A stretch of 64,000 bases of DNA from Callorhinchus milii. Taxonomy: Eukaryota. The translations under genes and the position numbers were made by a program. The DNA is taken from the NCBI RefSeq assembly GCF_018977255.1, contig NW_024704742.1:30754001-30818000 (forward strand), in the 5' to 3' direction. The number at the start of each line of letters is the position of its first letter. Positions within the stretch are counted from its first letter, which is position 1. Below are positions 14,175 to 26,245 of this stretch, piece by piece. The notes under the pieces are model-generated. The model did not search any database. It worked only from the letters and a program-made list of their open reading frames with translations, and was not told the origin of the DNA.

Positions 14175-14580
14175 AGTCACTGGGGGCAGTGAGTCATCCC
14201 TCTCAGCTCCTGTTAACCCTGCAAGCCAAAGCCCTAACAGGTCGGGTGATCCTAGCTGGACAAGCAGTGGGAAAGCTTGTCATACAGCAATGTCAGTGGC
14301 AACCTATATGGTCTTAGCTGTTTAGATTCCAGCAGTACCCCAATGGACACTCTGGGGTACACAAGTCTTGGCTCTTGCCAATCTGCGCCTAATATATCAC
14401 AGAATTAGGTAGGCAACATATGTCCCTTCAGGGGGAGAGTGTGTATTCCCTTCCAGCAATCTATCTCTAGGATTTCCCTGTGTAGGTGGGATGCATGGAA
14501 ATCTCAGCTTGGTCTGAATACTCTCAAGCATGGTGATGGGTTTCTGCATGTGTCAGACACCAGGCTGACCAAACAAAAAC
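14175..14580 (+). repeat. Unclassified ~400-bp interspersed repeat (copies about 150-470 +, 4372-4645 -, 29043-29287 -)
   Basis: Four mutually alignable copies; shared 5' end agtcactgggggcag and shared 3' end gtgtcagaca followed by an A-rich run. Confidence 0.85.
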
Positions 14581-16321
14581 AGTAAAAACCATAGAGCTGG
14601 TACCACTTTAATTTATTTTATTTAAAATGCGTTAAGATATTTATTTTTTAATTTTTTTATTTGTTTATCTTTTTCTTCCACCTTTTTAATCATGTAACTT
14701 TATTACTACTTTATTTCTGACCAACATACAATAATCCAAAATTCCTCTAACTGTTTGCAGAGCCTCCAGTTCCTCCTCCTTTTTTGTTGTTGGTTTCACC
14801 CATAAAATATACAGTCAATTCCCTTTACAGTATATCCTGTGAAGCGTTTTGAGAAGTCTCAATGGCATGATAAGGTGCTATATCAAATGCAAGGATTATT
14901 ATTATTACTGTCCTTTCTGGAGTGCGAACCCGACATAGTGCACAATTGGCCAACATTGGTACTTTTAAGTTGCCTTGGTTAGTATTTACTTACTGCAATT
15001 TTTAATTTTACTCTAAAATGTATTATGACACTAATGCTTAAATAAACTAGATGCGAAAGGAGAAGGGAAAACAATTTTGCAATGTAAGAGATCAGAAAAC
15101 TAAGAAGCTAATCACCCGAATATGTATGCTAAGTTTATGCTTTCTGTGCACCCTATTAGGGTCGGATATCTTTGTCAGATCCGTTAATGGGGCAGCCAGC
15201 ATAGAAAAATGGGAGTACCTGGCTATTCCCAAGAAAGACTGTACCTGTGTTTTTGTAGAGGGCAAGGGACACTGTTATACAACCTCCACTTTGCCGACTA
15301 AAGGCTTCAGTTCCCCAGTTCGTGTGTTCAGATTTCCCAAAGGCATACTTGCTGGGGTTCGTAACTAGGCAGGCTGCCCTTAGGGAATTTAGAACCGCGG
15401 CCAGCTGGCTCAGGGCATCATAGACCTCCTGACACCCCTAAGACCATTTTGCCGAGTCTGTGGAAACTGAACAATATGAGTATGTTTGTATTAGGGCGGA
15501 CGATAATTGTTTCACTCAGTATTTGTGCGATTACTTGCACCACTGAGATGATGAATGAGCACAATGGATTTTTGTTTGTTGATGAGTAATTTCTGTACTT
15601 GGTCTAACACTTCATATGGGAATCACTTCAAATCTGTTCAGTACCAAGTACTGAGGATCTGGATAAGATTAGGACTCCACCACACTGGGAACCACAGGTA
15701 CAGACAGCTTATAATTGATTTTGCACTGTGAGTTTGTTTACATTGCTAACTTAGCTGCTAAGTGCTTTATGAGCAATCCCGTATGTCACTAATGTAGAAG
15801 TTACAATACAAACACACATTTGTGCCAACTCTCACTTACTTACAGCGATTCTCACTGTGAAGAACAAACAGATATATTAATTTCAGTGTGATTGCATTAA
15901 TGTAAAAAAAATGTAATCGCATCTGCCTCTTTGTTTTTCCTTTTATCTGAGCTGGCAATGGTTCAGTTTTAACAAACACGAAAACTGCAAGATATGCTCT
16001 CACTCCGATCACATAATCTGGAAGCATGGGATTCACTTCCACATGTAAGGGGATGAACCCCTAAAATCTCTTCACACCCTAGCATCTCCCTACCTCTCTG
16101 ACCAGCTTACTCCCCCACTCCACCATCCACCACCTCTTCCAGTCTCCTGCTTGTCCCTTGTTCCCTCCGCTCCACCATCTTCTTGTTTTGAAAATATATA
16201 TTTATTTAGAAAATATTATATATTTGGTACAACAAAAAACACAACAAACACAAAATACCATTCAATTACATTCCGTTATCTGTATCCACATACAAACATT
16301 ACGTTCCTTGTGGGGACACTC

Positions 16322-17490
16322 TTAGAATCATAGAATCATAGAATTATACATCAAGAAGGAGGCCATTCTTCCCATCGTGTCTGTGCCGGCTCTTTGAAAT
16401 TAGCTATCCCAATCAATCCCATTACCCCACTCTCTCCCCAAAGCCCTGCAAATTTGTCCTCCCCAAATAATTATCTACTTCACTCTTAAAAGTTGTTACC
16501 GAATCGGCTTTCACCACCCTTTCAGGCAATGCATTCCAGATCTGAACAAATCACTGTGTGAAAAATGTCTCCTCACCTCCCTTCTGTTTCTTTTAACAAC
16601 TATTTAAAATCGGTGCTCTCGGGTTACTGACCCACCTTCCAGTGGAAATAGTTTCTCCTTGTTCACCCTATCGAATTCCCTCATAATTTTGAAAACTTCT
16701 ATTAAGTCTCCTCTTAACCTTCTCTGCTCCAAGGAGAATAATCCTAGCTTCTCCAGCCTCTCCTGATAACTGAATTCCCTCATTCCTGGTACCATCCTGG
16801 TAAATCTCCGTTGCACTCTCTCCAATGTCTTGACACGTGTCTGCCCATTTTACCAGTATGTCTATGTCCTCTTGAAGTCTGCTACTATCCCCTCACTGTT
16901 TACTACTTTTCCTAGCTTAGTATCATCTGCAAACTTGGAAATTGTACTCCCAAGTCCAGGTTATTTATATAGATCAAAAATAACAATGGTCCCAATACCG
17001 ACCCCTGGGGGACACCACTGCACACACACTTCCCTCCAGTCATAAAAATAACCATTCACCACCACTCTTTGCTTTCTGTCTCCCAGCCAGTTCTGTATTC
17101 ATGCTGCACTATCCCTTTAATACCGTGGCTTTCTATTTTGCTTACAAGTCTCTTATGTGGCACTTTATCAAATGCCTTTTGAAAATCCATATCAACTACA
17201 TCAACTGCACTACCTTCATCCACCCTCTCTATTACTTCATCAAAAACTCGATCAGGTTTGTTAGACATGATTTGCCTTTAACAAATCTGTGTTGGCTGTC
17301 CTTTATTAACCAATATTTTTCTAAGTGAAAATTTATTTTGTCCTGGATTATAGTCTCCAGAAGTTTCCCCAATGATGTTAGGTTGACTGACCTGTAGTTC
17401 CCAGTTTGATCCTTCTGCCCCTGTTTGTACAGGGAAGTAACATTTGCAACCCGCCCGTCCTCTGCCACCGTTGTCCAAGGAGGATTGAAA
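16322..17490 (-). mobile_element. CR1-clade LINE, 5'-truncated and decayed
   Basis: Minus-strand peptides DFQKAFDKVPH (RT) and ERVQRRFTRMVPG...LFSLEQRRLRGDLIEVFKIM (CR1 ORF2 C-terminus). The 3' tail (ATTCTATG)n appears as tagaatcatagaatcatag at 16323. Frameshifted. Confidence 0.9.
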
Positions 17491-18960
17491 GATTGTCTTC
17501 GACACCGCGAGCGCCCCTGTGCTTTCAGCCACTATGTTCCGAAACTTGGCAACTCTCTCCCTCAATCCCTTCACCTTGCCCCCTTCCTTCCCTTTTTCAG
17601 GTCATGCCTGAAGATTTGCACCTTCAAATGCACTTATGGATTACCATCCTTCGGATGAGATGTTACCTGACGCTCGACCACCTGTTGAGGTGGATTTAAA
17701 GATCTCATGGCATTATTCAAAAACAGAAGGAAGTTTCTCCTGGTGTCCTGGCCGACAATCCCTCAGATAAAATTGGTCATTCATATTATGGCTGTTTGTA
17801 GGACAACAACAATAACAACTTGTATTTACATAATGTTTTTCAGGAACGTAGAGTGTCAGAGCACTTAACAGTGGTGTGGTTTGACGCTGAGTCGGAAAGG
17901 GAGGGGAGGTTGACCAAAGTCACAATGAAAGAGGAAGGTCTTTGAGTGTGATTCAAAGATGGGCAAAGAGAGGACAAAGATTGAGGAGTTACAGAAATTT
18001 GGGACATAGTGGCAAATACTCAGCCATTGTACTTTAAATTGATTGAAATACTGTACTTAAATTGGTATCGCATCCAAGTATTTTAGCCAGAAATCTCATG
18101 ATTTTAGTCACATCTCTCTCATGTTGGCAATACTTGGGAATCCTGTAGTGTGGCGCTTTGAAATGTCTCAAAGCTGTGATAAAATGTCAAATGCAAAGGA
18201 TTATTATTTATTCGCTATAGAAGTTTAATTTTACAGCAAATATCAGTGCCAATCTCTAATGACAATGTACGCAATGATTTTAATTGTTAATGAGATCCAT
18301 CAAGCACTGGCTGCCAGCGCGAGGGATCTTTGGTAAGTCCTTAAAATTGGAAATCTAAACAGATCACTTATGTCACTGAATCAGATCAATTAGGTTCAAA
18401 GGTGCTAACCTTATCCCCAGTTCCTCAACATGAATATTGGTTATGTTAAAAAGTAACTTAAATAACAAATATTCAGCTGTAAACTCAAAATGGAAACTAA
18501 GTTGCAGACTGGTTTTGGTAATGTCACTGTTCAAGTTAGTGAAATGCAAGAATCACAGTTGTGACCGGCAAGAGTGAACCAGTTGTGAACCACTTCTCTG
18601 AGTCTCTGATGGTTCAGCAAATTTATCCAGTGAGCCGCTGAGTCACACAGACAGAGAAAGTCCATAGTTCAGTAGTCAGCCCTGTGCTGAGCTAACAGAT
18701 TTCATCTGGCTGCACTGAGGAGTGTTACAATCAACCAAAGTTTGCACTCAGCATACATGTGTGTACACATCAAATGAGGCTGGCTTTCGCTGCAATGTGC
18801 CCACAGTTCAATCGTCTGCCAAGGCACATCTGAACTAGAGTAAATAGCCACTTGGTCAAGTTTGTGAAGAGCGTTCGGCACCACTATGATGTGCAGAATC
18901 ACACCCTAGTAGAAGGAACAATTAGTCAAATTACTTTATTAATACAGTCAAGTTTGCACA

Positions 18961-19299
18961 GTGTTAAGTCGCCGATTGTTATAATCAGCATAATGTTATA
19001 CTGGAGACCAAACCCGGCTGTGCTTATGTGTTTCGTACACGTATGAGTTTGCATATTGTTAAAGCAGAATAATGTTATAATTCGTCCCAATGTTATGCAG
19101 ATTTGCAAACCCAATTAATCTTATACCCCTCAGAGTGTAGTCCTGCTGGAGTAAATGTAATTTGCACAACATTTAGACAATTATAACATTATACTTTAAC
19201 AACATGCAAACTCAACTGTGTATAAAACATACTAAGCACAGCCAGGCCCGGCCTCCGGTATAACATTATGCGCATTATAACAATTCGTGACTTTACACT
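18961..19299. repeat. ~340-bp imperfect palindrome (foldback/MITE-like)
   Basis: 18961-19105 aligns with the reverse complement of 19159-19299 over about 140 nt. Confidence 0.85.
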
Positions 19300-19311
19300 A
19301 TCATTCTAGCA

Positions 19312-20166
19312 CAGTGATGGCCAACCTTTTGCTAAGGTGAGCCACAGTGTCAGCAAAAGACATATCGCCGTGCGATAGAAAAAACATAATGAAATCGAAA
19401 AGAAAATATTACTGGAAAAGAAAGATGCATTTATTGATAAATTCACAATAAATTATCAAACAAGTTACTTAATGAGGCTTCTGAATTTGTTTTTTGTTTA
19501 TGATATCTTCACTATTTGGATTCAGTTTTGAGCAGGGCACTAAAAGATTATTAAAGTGATCATCTGTTAGTTTGGAACGGTATTTACTTTTTATGAAGTT
19601 TATGGTGGAAAAGGATTTCTCACAGGTGTAGGGTAATCCGAATCTGCAAACAAATCACTCTTAGGGACTAATTTCCAAAACGACTTCAAGTCCTGGCTTA
19701 TTGGAGAAGCACTGATATTCTGATATTTTTCGTAATTGATGGTGATGTTACTGTCAATTTTTAACTGTTGCAAGTGAACAAAGTGATCCATTTTTTTTCG
19801 AGACAAAACATTCAAAAAAGGTTTACATTTGGCCTTGAAAGCTGAAATTAAATTAAACAGAGTTGGAAAAAGGCAATCGTTTCCTTGCAATCATGCATTA
19901 TGGTTGTCAAGATGACCGGTATTGTCCATAAGGAAAGCAAGGTCACTGAGCTAGTCTTTGTCTTCTCCTCCAAAGCACACACACACACAGTCACACACAC
20001 TCACACAGTCCTTCTCTCAGAGAAGGGGGAGAGGGAAGGGCGCGGGGGGGTGGGGAGCAACAACCTCCAAACAGTGGCCTCCAGTCATAAAATGTGTTGA
20101 GGCCACTATCAAGGGCCTGGCTGCCACCTTGTGGCACAGGTGGTAAGGGTGGGTTGGCCACCACTG
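19312..20166 (-). mobile_element. Internally deleted hAT (Charlie/Buster-type) DNA transposon with transposase remnant
   Basis: TIRs CAGTGATGGCCAACC / GGTTGGCCACCACTG (14/15). 8-bp TSD ttctagca / ctctaaca (6/8, NTCTAGAN-like). Minus-strand peptides LQGNDCLFPTLFNLISAFKAK and NFIKSKYRSKLTDDH are typical of the hAT C-terminal region. Confidence 0.85.
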
Positions 20167-21574
20167 CTCTAACATCTGAAATCCAGAATGAAGAGACAGG
20201 TGGCTCGTCCATTGAGAGCATGGCCTAGGTTGATGGACAGGCAGAGAGATTCATATAATCCTTATATAATCCTTGCCATTTAATATAGCGCCTTATCATG
20301 TCATCGAGACATCTCAAAACGTTTCACAGAATTTTACTGTGAAATGAAATGATTTGTAGGTGGTCACAGCAGCAAGATTGCCCACAGCAATGTTCCACAA
20401 ACAGTCATGAAGTGAGTGACCAATTTTATTTGGGGGAATATTGGCCAGGACTCCTTTCTTTTACAAATAGTGCCAATGGTATCTTCAATGCCCACCTGAA
20501 CAGGCAGATGGGACCTCAGTTTTATGTCTTATCCAAAAGACAGCACCACCAACAAAATAGCACTGCACTGATGTATCAGTCTAGACAGTGAATTCAAAGT
20601 CCTGGCATGGGGCTTCACCCAGAACCTTCTAATTTCAAGAATGTTGCCAACTGAGCCAACTTTAGGAGAGAAAGGGGAGACTACTGGGTTTGGGGAAAGA
20701 CACTTTTTTTTACAATTTTAAATTAAACAAGTGGAAATGTTCTACATGAGAGAAACATGGCAGACCTGCCTGTGCATCATTTTTTGTCCCTCTTCCCCAC
20801 CCACCAAACAGTTCTGCAGCTTCCAACACCAGGGAAACATTAGATGTAAAAACTTCTACCAGCAAAGAGTAACACCGAGTGCAAAGTGTTGTCATCTAAA
20901 CAGAGGTCATTTTGTCCCCCTCAGCGACACACACCAACATTGCACCACTAACACTGGGAACCTGCTGAAGATGGCCCAGGGATTTGACTGGGAAAATAGG
21001 GAGAAGCTATTTCCACTGGTAGAGATGTCAGTGAGGAGGGGACATCAGTATAAGATAGTCACAAGAAGAGCAAAAGGGGAACTTAGATTTTTTTCACTCA
21101 GCTAGTTGTTGGGCTATGGGAGGCCCTACCAACATTTGTTTGGCGCTTTTCATGTCGGGAGGACATCCCAAGGCACTGGACAGTCAAGGATTTGGACCCT
21201 GGAAAAATTCAAGGAGATATTCCACTCAAACAAGGTTCACCAGAAATGACAGATCTGACAGATTTGTCTTTGCCCAATGCCATTGAAGGAGCTGTCAACA
21301 TCAGATCACTCAACTAGTTTCTGGCAATCACGTGATCAGTACAGACAGAGATCGAGTGTAGCAGATACATGCCCCGAAGAGACGAGAAAACCAGGGATAC
21401 CAACTGGAGTGCAAAATATTTGTTTTTTAGATTAATATTATGCAGATCACAATGGCATTACCACACTTGTCAGGAGAAATACAGAAGACAGCATTTATAA
21501 CAGTGTATACCGTAGCCAAGTAAGGTGGCAGAGGCAGGGTCCATTGTGAGTTTAAGAGATTAGTGGAGAGGTTA

Positions 21575-21985
21575 TATAATCCTTGCATTTTTTGATATAA
21601 AGCCTTATCTCATCACCAAGACATCTCAAAGCGCTTCACAAAATATACTGCAGCTTTTTTTTACTGTTTTTTGTGGGCGAAACCGATCGGCCAATTTTGC
21701 GCACAGCAATTTCCCACAAGCAGTCATGGAGTGAGTGACCAATTTTCTTTGATGGCCAGGACACCAGGAGCAACTTCCTTTTCTTATCTTTAACGTCCAC
21801 CTGAACAGACAGACTGGGCCTCGGTTTAATGTCTCATCCAAAGGACGGAAACTCCCGACAATGCAGCACACGCCCAGCGGTTGCATTGGAGTGTCAGCTT
21901 AGACTGTATAATTCCAAGTCCTGACATGGGGTGGAACTCACAACCTTCTGACCCAGACGTGAGAATGCTACCTCTGAGCCATTTA
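21575..21985 (-). mobile_element. Deu-type SINE family B, reverse (other copies about 9838-10250 -, 20270-20660 -, 27680-27950 -, 32740-33145 -, 27290-27440 +, 42905-43100 +, 55775-56085 +)
   Basis: Reverse complement of the 34895 element, including the Deu-like core and tail. Confidence 0.75.
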
Positions 21986-22699
21986 AAACATTTCGACACC
22001 AGTGAAAACATAAGAATGCAATTCAAATAAATAAATATATTTACATGCACGCTAATACATTCAAAAAATAATTTGGTCCCTCAATCCACGACTGTTTGTG
22101 GGACACCGCTGTGCGCAATTGGCTGCCGCGTTTCGCCCACAAAATATACAGTCAATTCACTTTACGGTACATTCTGCGGAGCGCTTTGGGACGTCTCGAA
22201 GACACGATACCTCTAATAATCCTTATGGACAACAACAACACTGTATAATAATCCTTGCATTTGATAAAGAGCGTACGTTTTTATATCACAATACATAAAA
22301 TATAATAGTAATCCTTGCATTCGACGGAGAGCGTAACATTTTTAAATTACAGTAATATACAATAATAACAATACAAAGCAGTAATCCTTGGATTTGACAC
22401 AGGGTCATTTTGTATTTTTATAACATAGATAATAATAATAATTATTATTATTAACATAGATATTTTTTCACACACATATAACTTGCTTTTCCTGCCCCCC
22501 CCCACCCCAACCAATTAAAAAAAATAGCCCCCACCCCACCCTCCGAGAAAAAAAAACACCCCACCACTGGCGTGTGTTTTAATGGGGACCACGTTTGTCG
22601 ATGGCCCTGAATGTGTGTGTGTTGTGTGTGTATGTGTGTGTGTGTGGGGGGGGCAAAGGAGGGGGAGGGGAGGGGTCCTTAGTTACGCCGTCGCGCTGA

Positions 22700-22820
22700 C
22701 GTATGAAGCGGGCGGCCGGGCAGGAGAGAGGCCTGGCGGGCGGGCGGGCAGGCGGGCGGGCGCCGGCTCTCCCTGTGTGTGAGGGAGAGCTGCTCGGCGG
22801 CCGCAGCTGAGAAGCCATCA
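22700..22820 (+). other. USP38: Probable non-coding first exon of USP38 (start approximate)
   Basis: Consensus donor GTAAGT at 22821 (with an alternative GTGAGT at 22825) inside the CpG island. It pairs with the polypyrimidine-AG acceptor at 26207-26208 just 5' of the ATG. Confidence 0.65.
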
Positions 22821-22984
22821 GTAAGTGAGTGAGTGAGAGAGAGAGAGAGGGCGCGGCCGCGGCGCCTGTCCCCCTGTGCGGCGGTTTGTGTGGGGGGAGA
22901 GGTTGGAACGCGGTTGCCATGGTTTTCCCGACACGGGATTCCCCTTTAGAACGGTGGGACAGCCGCCGCCGCCGCTCATCCGCA

Positions 22985-23315
22985 CAGAGCACCGGCCACC
23001 CCTGCCCTGCCCTCACACCGGCACCGGCCTGACACCGGCACCGGCCTACCCTGCCCTCACACCGACACCGGCACCGGCCTGCCCTGCACTGCCCTCACAC
23101 CGGCACCGGCCTGCCCTGCAGCCCTCACACCGGCACCGGCCACCCCTGCCCTGCCCTCACACCGGCACCGGCCTGACACCGGCACCGGCCTGCCCTGACC
23201 TGCCCTCACACCGGCACCGGCACCGGCCTACCCTGCAGCCCTCACACCGGCACCGGCCCCGGCCTACCCTGACCTGCACTGCCCTCACACCGGCACCGGC
23301 ACCGGCCTGCCCTGC
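22985..23315. repeat. GC-rich minisatellite, unit about CCCTGCCCTCACACCGGCACCGGCCT
   Basis: Roughly ten variant tandem units are directly visible. They generate the spurious Pro/His/Arg-rich ORF 22876-23496. Confidence 0.9.
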
Positions 23316-23844
23316 TTCTTTTGAGTATCATTTTCTTCACATGTTTACACTGCCCTCCCTCTCTCTCTCCCTCTCCCTCTCCCTCCCCTCTCCCCCCCTC
23401 TCCCTCTCCCTCCCCTCTCTCCCCCCACCGCCGCCGCCGCCTCGGGCCATCCTCCATCTCAATCCGCTTCCAACTTTTGAAAGTCCAGTGCAGTAAATTT
23501 GCTGTGAGTGTCTGTGTATCTGCTGTGTCCTCTGTGTGTTTGTACCTAATATTTCTTGATTTCCTGTCTTTCTATCAATCTGTGTCTGTCTGTGCGTCTG
23601 TGTGTCCTCTGTGTGTGTGTGTGTGTGTGTAGTATTATTCAGTGAGTGGGGAAAATTGCCCCGTCATGGTGTCATGTGAGGCATAGAGGGGTTGGTGGTG
23701 AGGAGAGAGGGAGAAAGGGACTGACAGAGCGAGAGAGAGAGAGAGGATTTGTTTTGTGTGTATTCGGTGCTGCGCCTGTCGGATTTAAAGTTTAAAGGCT
23801 CTGCGGGTAGAATGTTTTTTTTAAACTGATCTTTAATTTAAGAG

Positions 23845-24192
23845 CACATTGGTTAGCGCACACGCCTCGCAAGCGAGAGACCTGGGTTTGATTCCCGGGC
23901 AGAGCAAAACGTTGGGCAAGTTTTCTCGCTCCACACACCTCTGTTTACCCAAAGAACCCGGTTGTTAGTCGATTGGCAGATTGCTTTTCCGGTGGTAATA
24001 ATCCCTTAAAAGAATAATTATGATTTGGTCGGTCAATCCACAACTGTTTGTGGGACACTGCAGTGCGCAATTGGCTGCCGCGTTTTGCCCACAAAATGTA
24101 CACTCAATTCAGTTTACAGCATATTCTGTGAAGCACTTTGATACTTCTTGAAGACCTGCTATGGTGCTATATCAAATGCAAGGATTATTATT
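23845..24192 (+). mobile_element. SINE family A
   Basis: Head, body and tail homologous to 58072. Confidence 0.85.
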
Positions 24193-24840
24193 AAAATGTG
24201 TTTTCCATTAAGATTTTAATTGCTGGAACATATTCCATTTTTTAAAAAAAAGTTTCAAAAAAGTATTGATTTCTAGGTGAATAGAGACTGGCGGTGTTGG
24301 CTTGCTCCACATAAATAGTATTAATTTTGAATCCACATTTGTCAGAATATAATCTGGATTCCTGTAGTTTGTCAACTAGATGTGTTAGTTTTCGTGCTTT
24401 GTGTGTACAGTACTTGTTCTTAGGAAATGCCATAGCACCGTGGCTGTTCCCAAAGTACAGTACTGATGTATCCAGCACAATATGAACAGACAATTCAGTA
24501 CCTTACGATGTCCTTCCAATGTGAAAAGCGCTATATAAATGTAATTGCGTTGTTGTTTTTCACATGGCTTTACTCTGTTTTTACCAGCCAGGTATTTCAA
24601 TTTCAACAGCAATATATTACTCGCACTAATTTCAAGGGATCTATTCTCTAGCAGAATACCTAAATATTTGTATTATAAGCAGAATGCTCCATAGGGACTA
24701 ACTGGTGTTGGAATGCTTTTGTTTTTTTTAAAAAAAGTGCTTCAATTCTTCCCCCCGCCCCCCCATCTCCTCTCCGGGAACTAGTGAGCTATCTGCCATG
24801 CACTGATTATTTTAACTACTGACCCTTTTTTGTTATTTGT

Positions 24841-25182
24841 TTATAATAATATTCCTTGCATTTGACATAGTGCTTTATCATGTTTTGGAGACTTCTCAAA
24901 GCGCTTCACAGAAAAGTGAAAGGGCTGTATATTTTGTGGGCGAAACACAGCAGCCAGTTGTGCATAGGAGTGTCCCACACACAGTCGAGGATTGAGTGAC
25001 CGATTTTCTTTTAAGGAGTTATTATCCCCGGAAAAGTGATCCACCAATCGACTAACAATCGGGTTCGTACTTAATGCAAGGTACACATAGGCATGTGGAG
25101 TAAGGAAACTTGCCCAACGTTTCGCCCTGCCAGGAATCAAACCCATGTGTTTAGTTTGCAATAACTACTGAGCTACAGGATT
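24841..25182 (-). mobile_element. SINE family A, reverse orientation
   Basis: Reverse complement of the family consensus; head ends ctgagctacagga. Confidence 0.85.
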
Positions 25183-26245
25183 TCAAGTACATGTACTTTG
25201 ACCAGTAGTCACTTCCTAGTAATCAGAAGAAGGAACCAATGATACGTTTGTGCATAATTTCCCTTCGTACTTAGCGAGAAGCAGGGCTTCCACCATGGGT
25301 CCATCTGAGTTTAGCTAACTCAGCAAATTCCAGGGATTGAACATGGGATCTCTCTAGCTTGTAAAATGAGTAGCACACCGTGTGTTTGGTGCATTTACAC
25401 AATGAGTTGTTGAGGGAGCTGTAATTTTGTTTCTGAATTAGTTTAACTTATTTTCATTTGAAATGAGAATTTTTTCCAATCAGTATTATGCTTCTGGAGA
25501 CTAAACCCTACACTGCGTATCCATCCTTTGTCTGACCCCTGCCCAGCATTTTGAAGTTTGTATGTTTTGCAGATTAAAGATTTTAGAAGTTAAATACACT
25601 TTTATATTCATGTCAATGCCTCTTAAATGTTTCTGATGTTAATTACATTCTGTTGACACAGTCAGCTGTTTACTAGTGGCTTAAGTTATTGTATCAAAGG
25701 CTAAAGGACAGATCCACTCTGCTCAATACTGATCATGATCTTTTTGGAATCTGACATGGTTTAAATTCACTGGGTGATTTAACTTGGACTATTCCTGAAC
25801 TAAAGGCAGGCCACAGAATGGCTCTGTTTTTGCAGTGTTTTCAGGGGCAATGAGTAAAATGAATATACAAAACTTGGAATTTTCTAAGCTATTTTCAAAA
25901 TATAATTAAGTGTTATGAATCTTAGAACATTAGTGTCAAGGCAATCCTCTGTTTAACGTAGTACATAAATTTGACACAGCGAAATTGGACTGAGGTGCTA
26001 TGAGATGCTGCCCACACGAAGGGTGCTATATAAATGCAAGTTGTTGTTTGGGATAGTTGAGGTGACCTTTCCAGGGTGAATGTGTGTGTGAGCAAGCAAG
26101 CATGTGTTCACATCCTTTTCTCCCTCTATCGCTGAAGTACAATTGAGAAATTCTGTGCATGCTTGCTTTCGAAACATGTTTTAAATAAAATATCACCTCT
26201 TTTCTCAGGTGCTGGTGATCTCGGGTGTTACCCCAATCGTCCATG

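Larger units (their letters stand above)
22640..23460 (+). promoter_or_regulatory. USP38: CpG island / USP38 promoter
   Basis: Sharp local GC and CpG enrichment, several GGGCGG GC-boxes (22710-22760) and a CRE-like TGACGTA at 22697. It lies 3.4 kb upstream of the first coding exon. Confidence 0.8.

Noticed and set aside
22876..23496. 206-aa Pro/His/Arg-rich ORF
   Set aside because: It is a translation of the GC-rich minisatellite, has a non-ATG start, and lies in USP38 intron 1.
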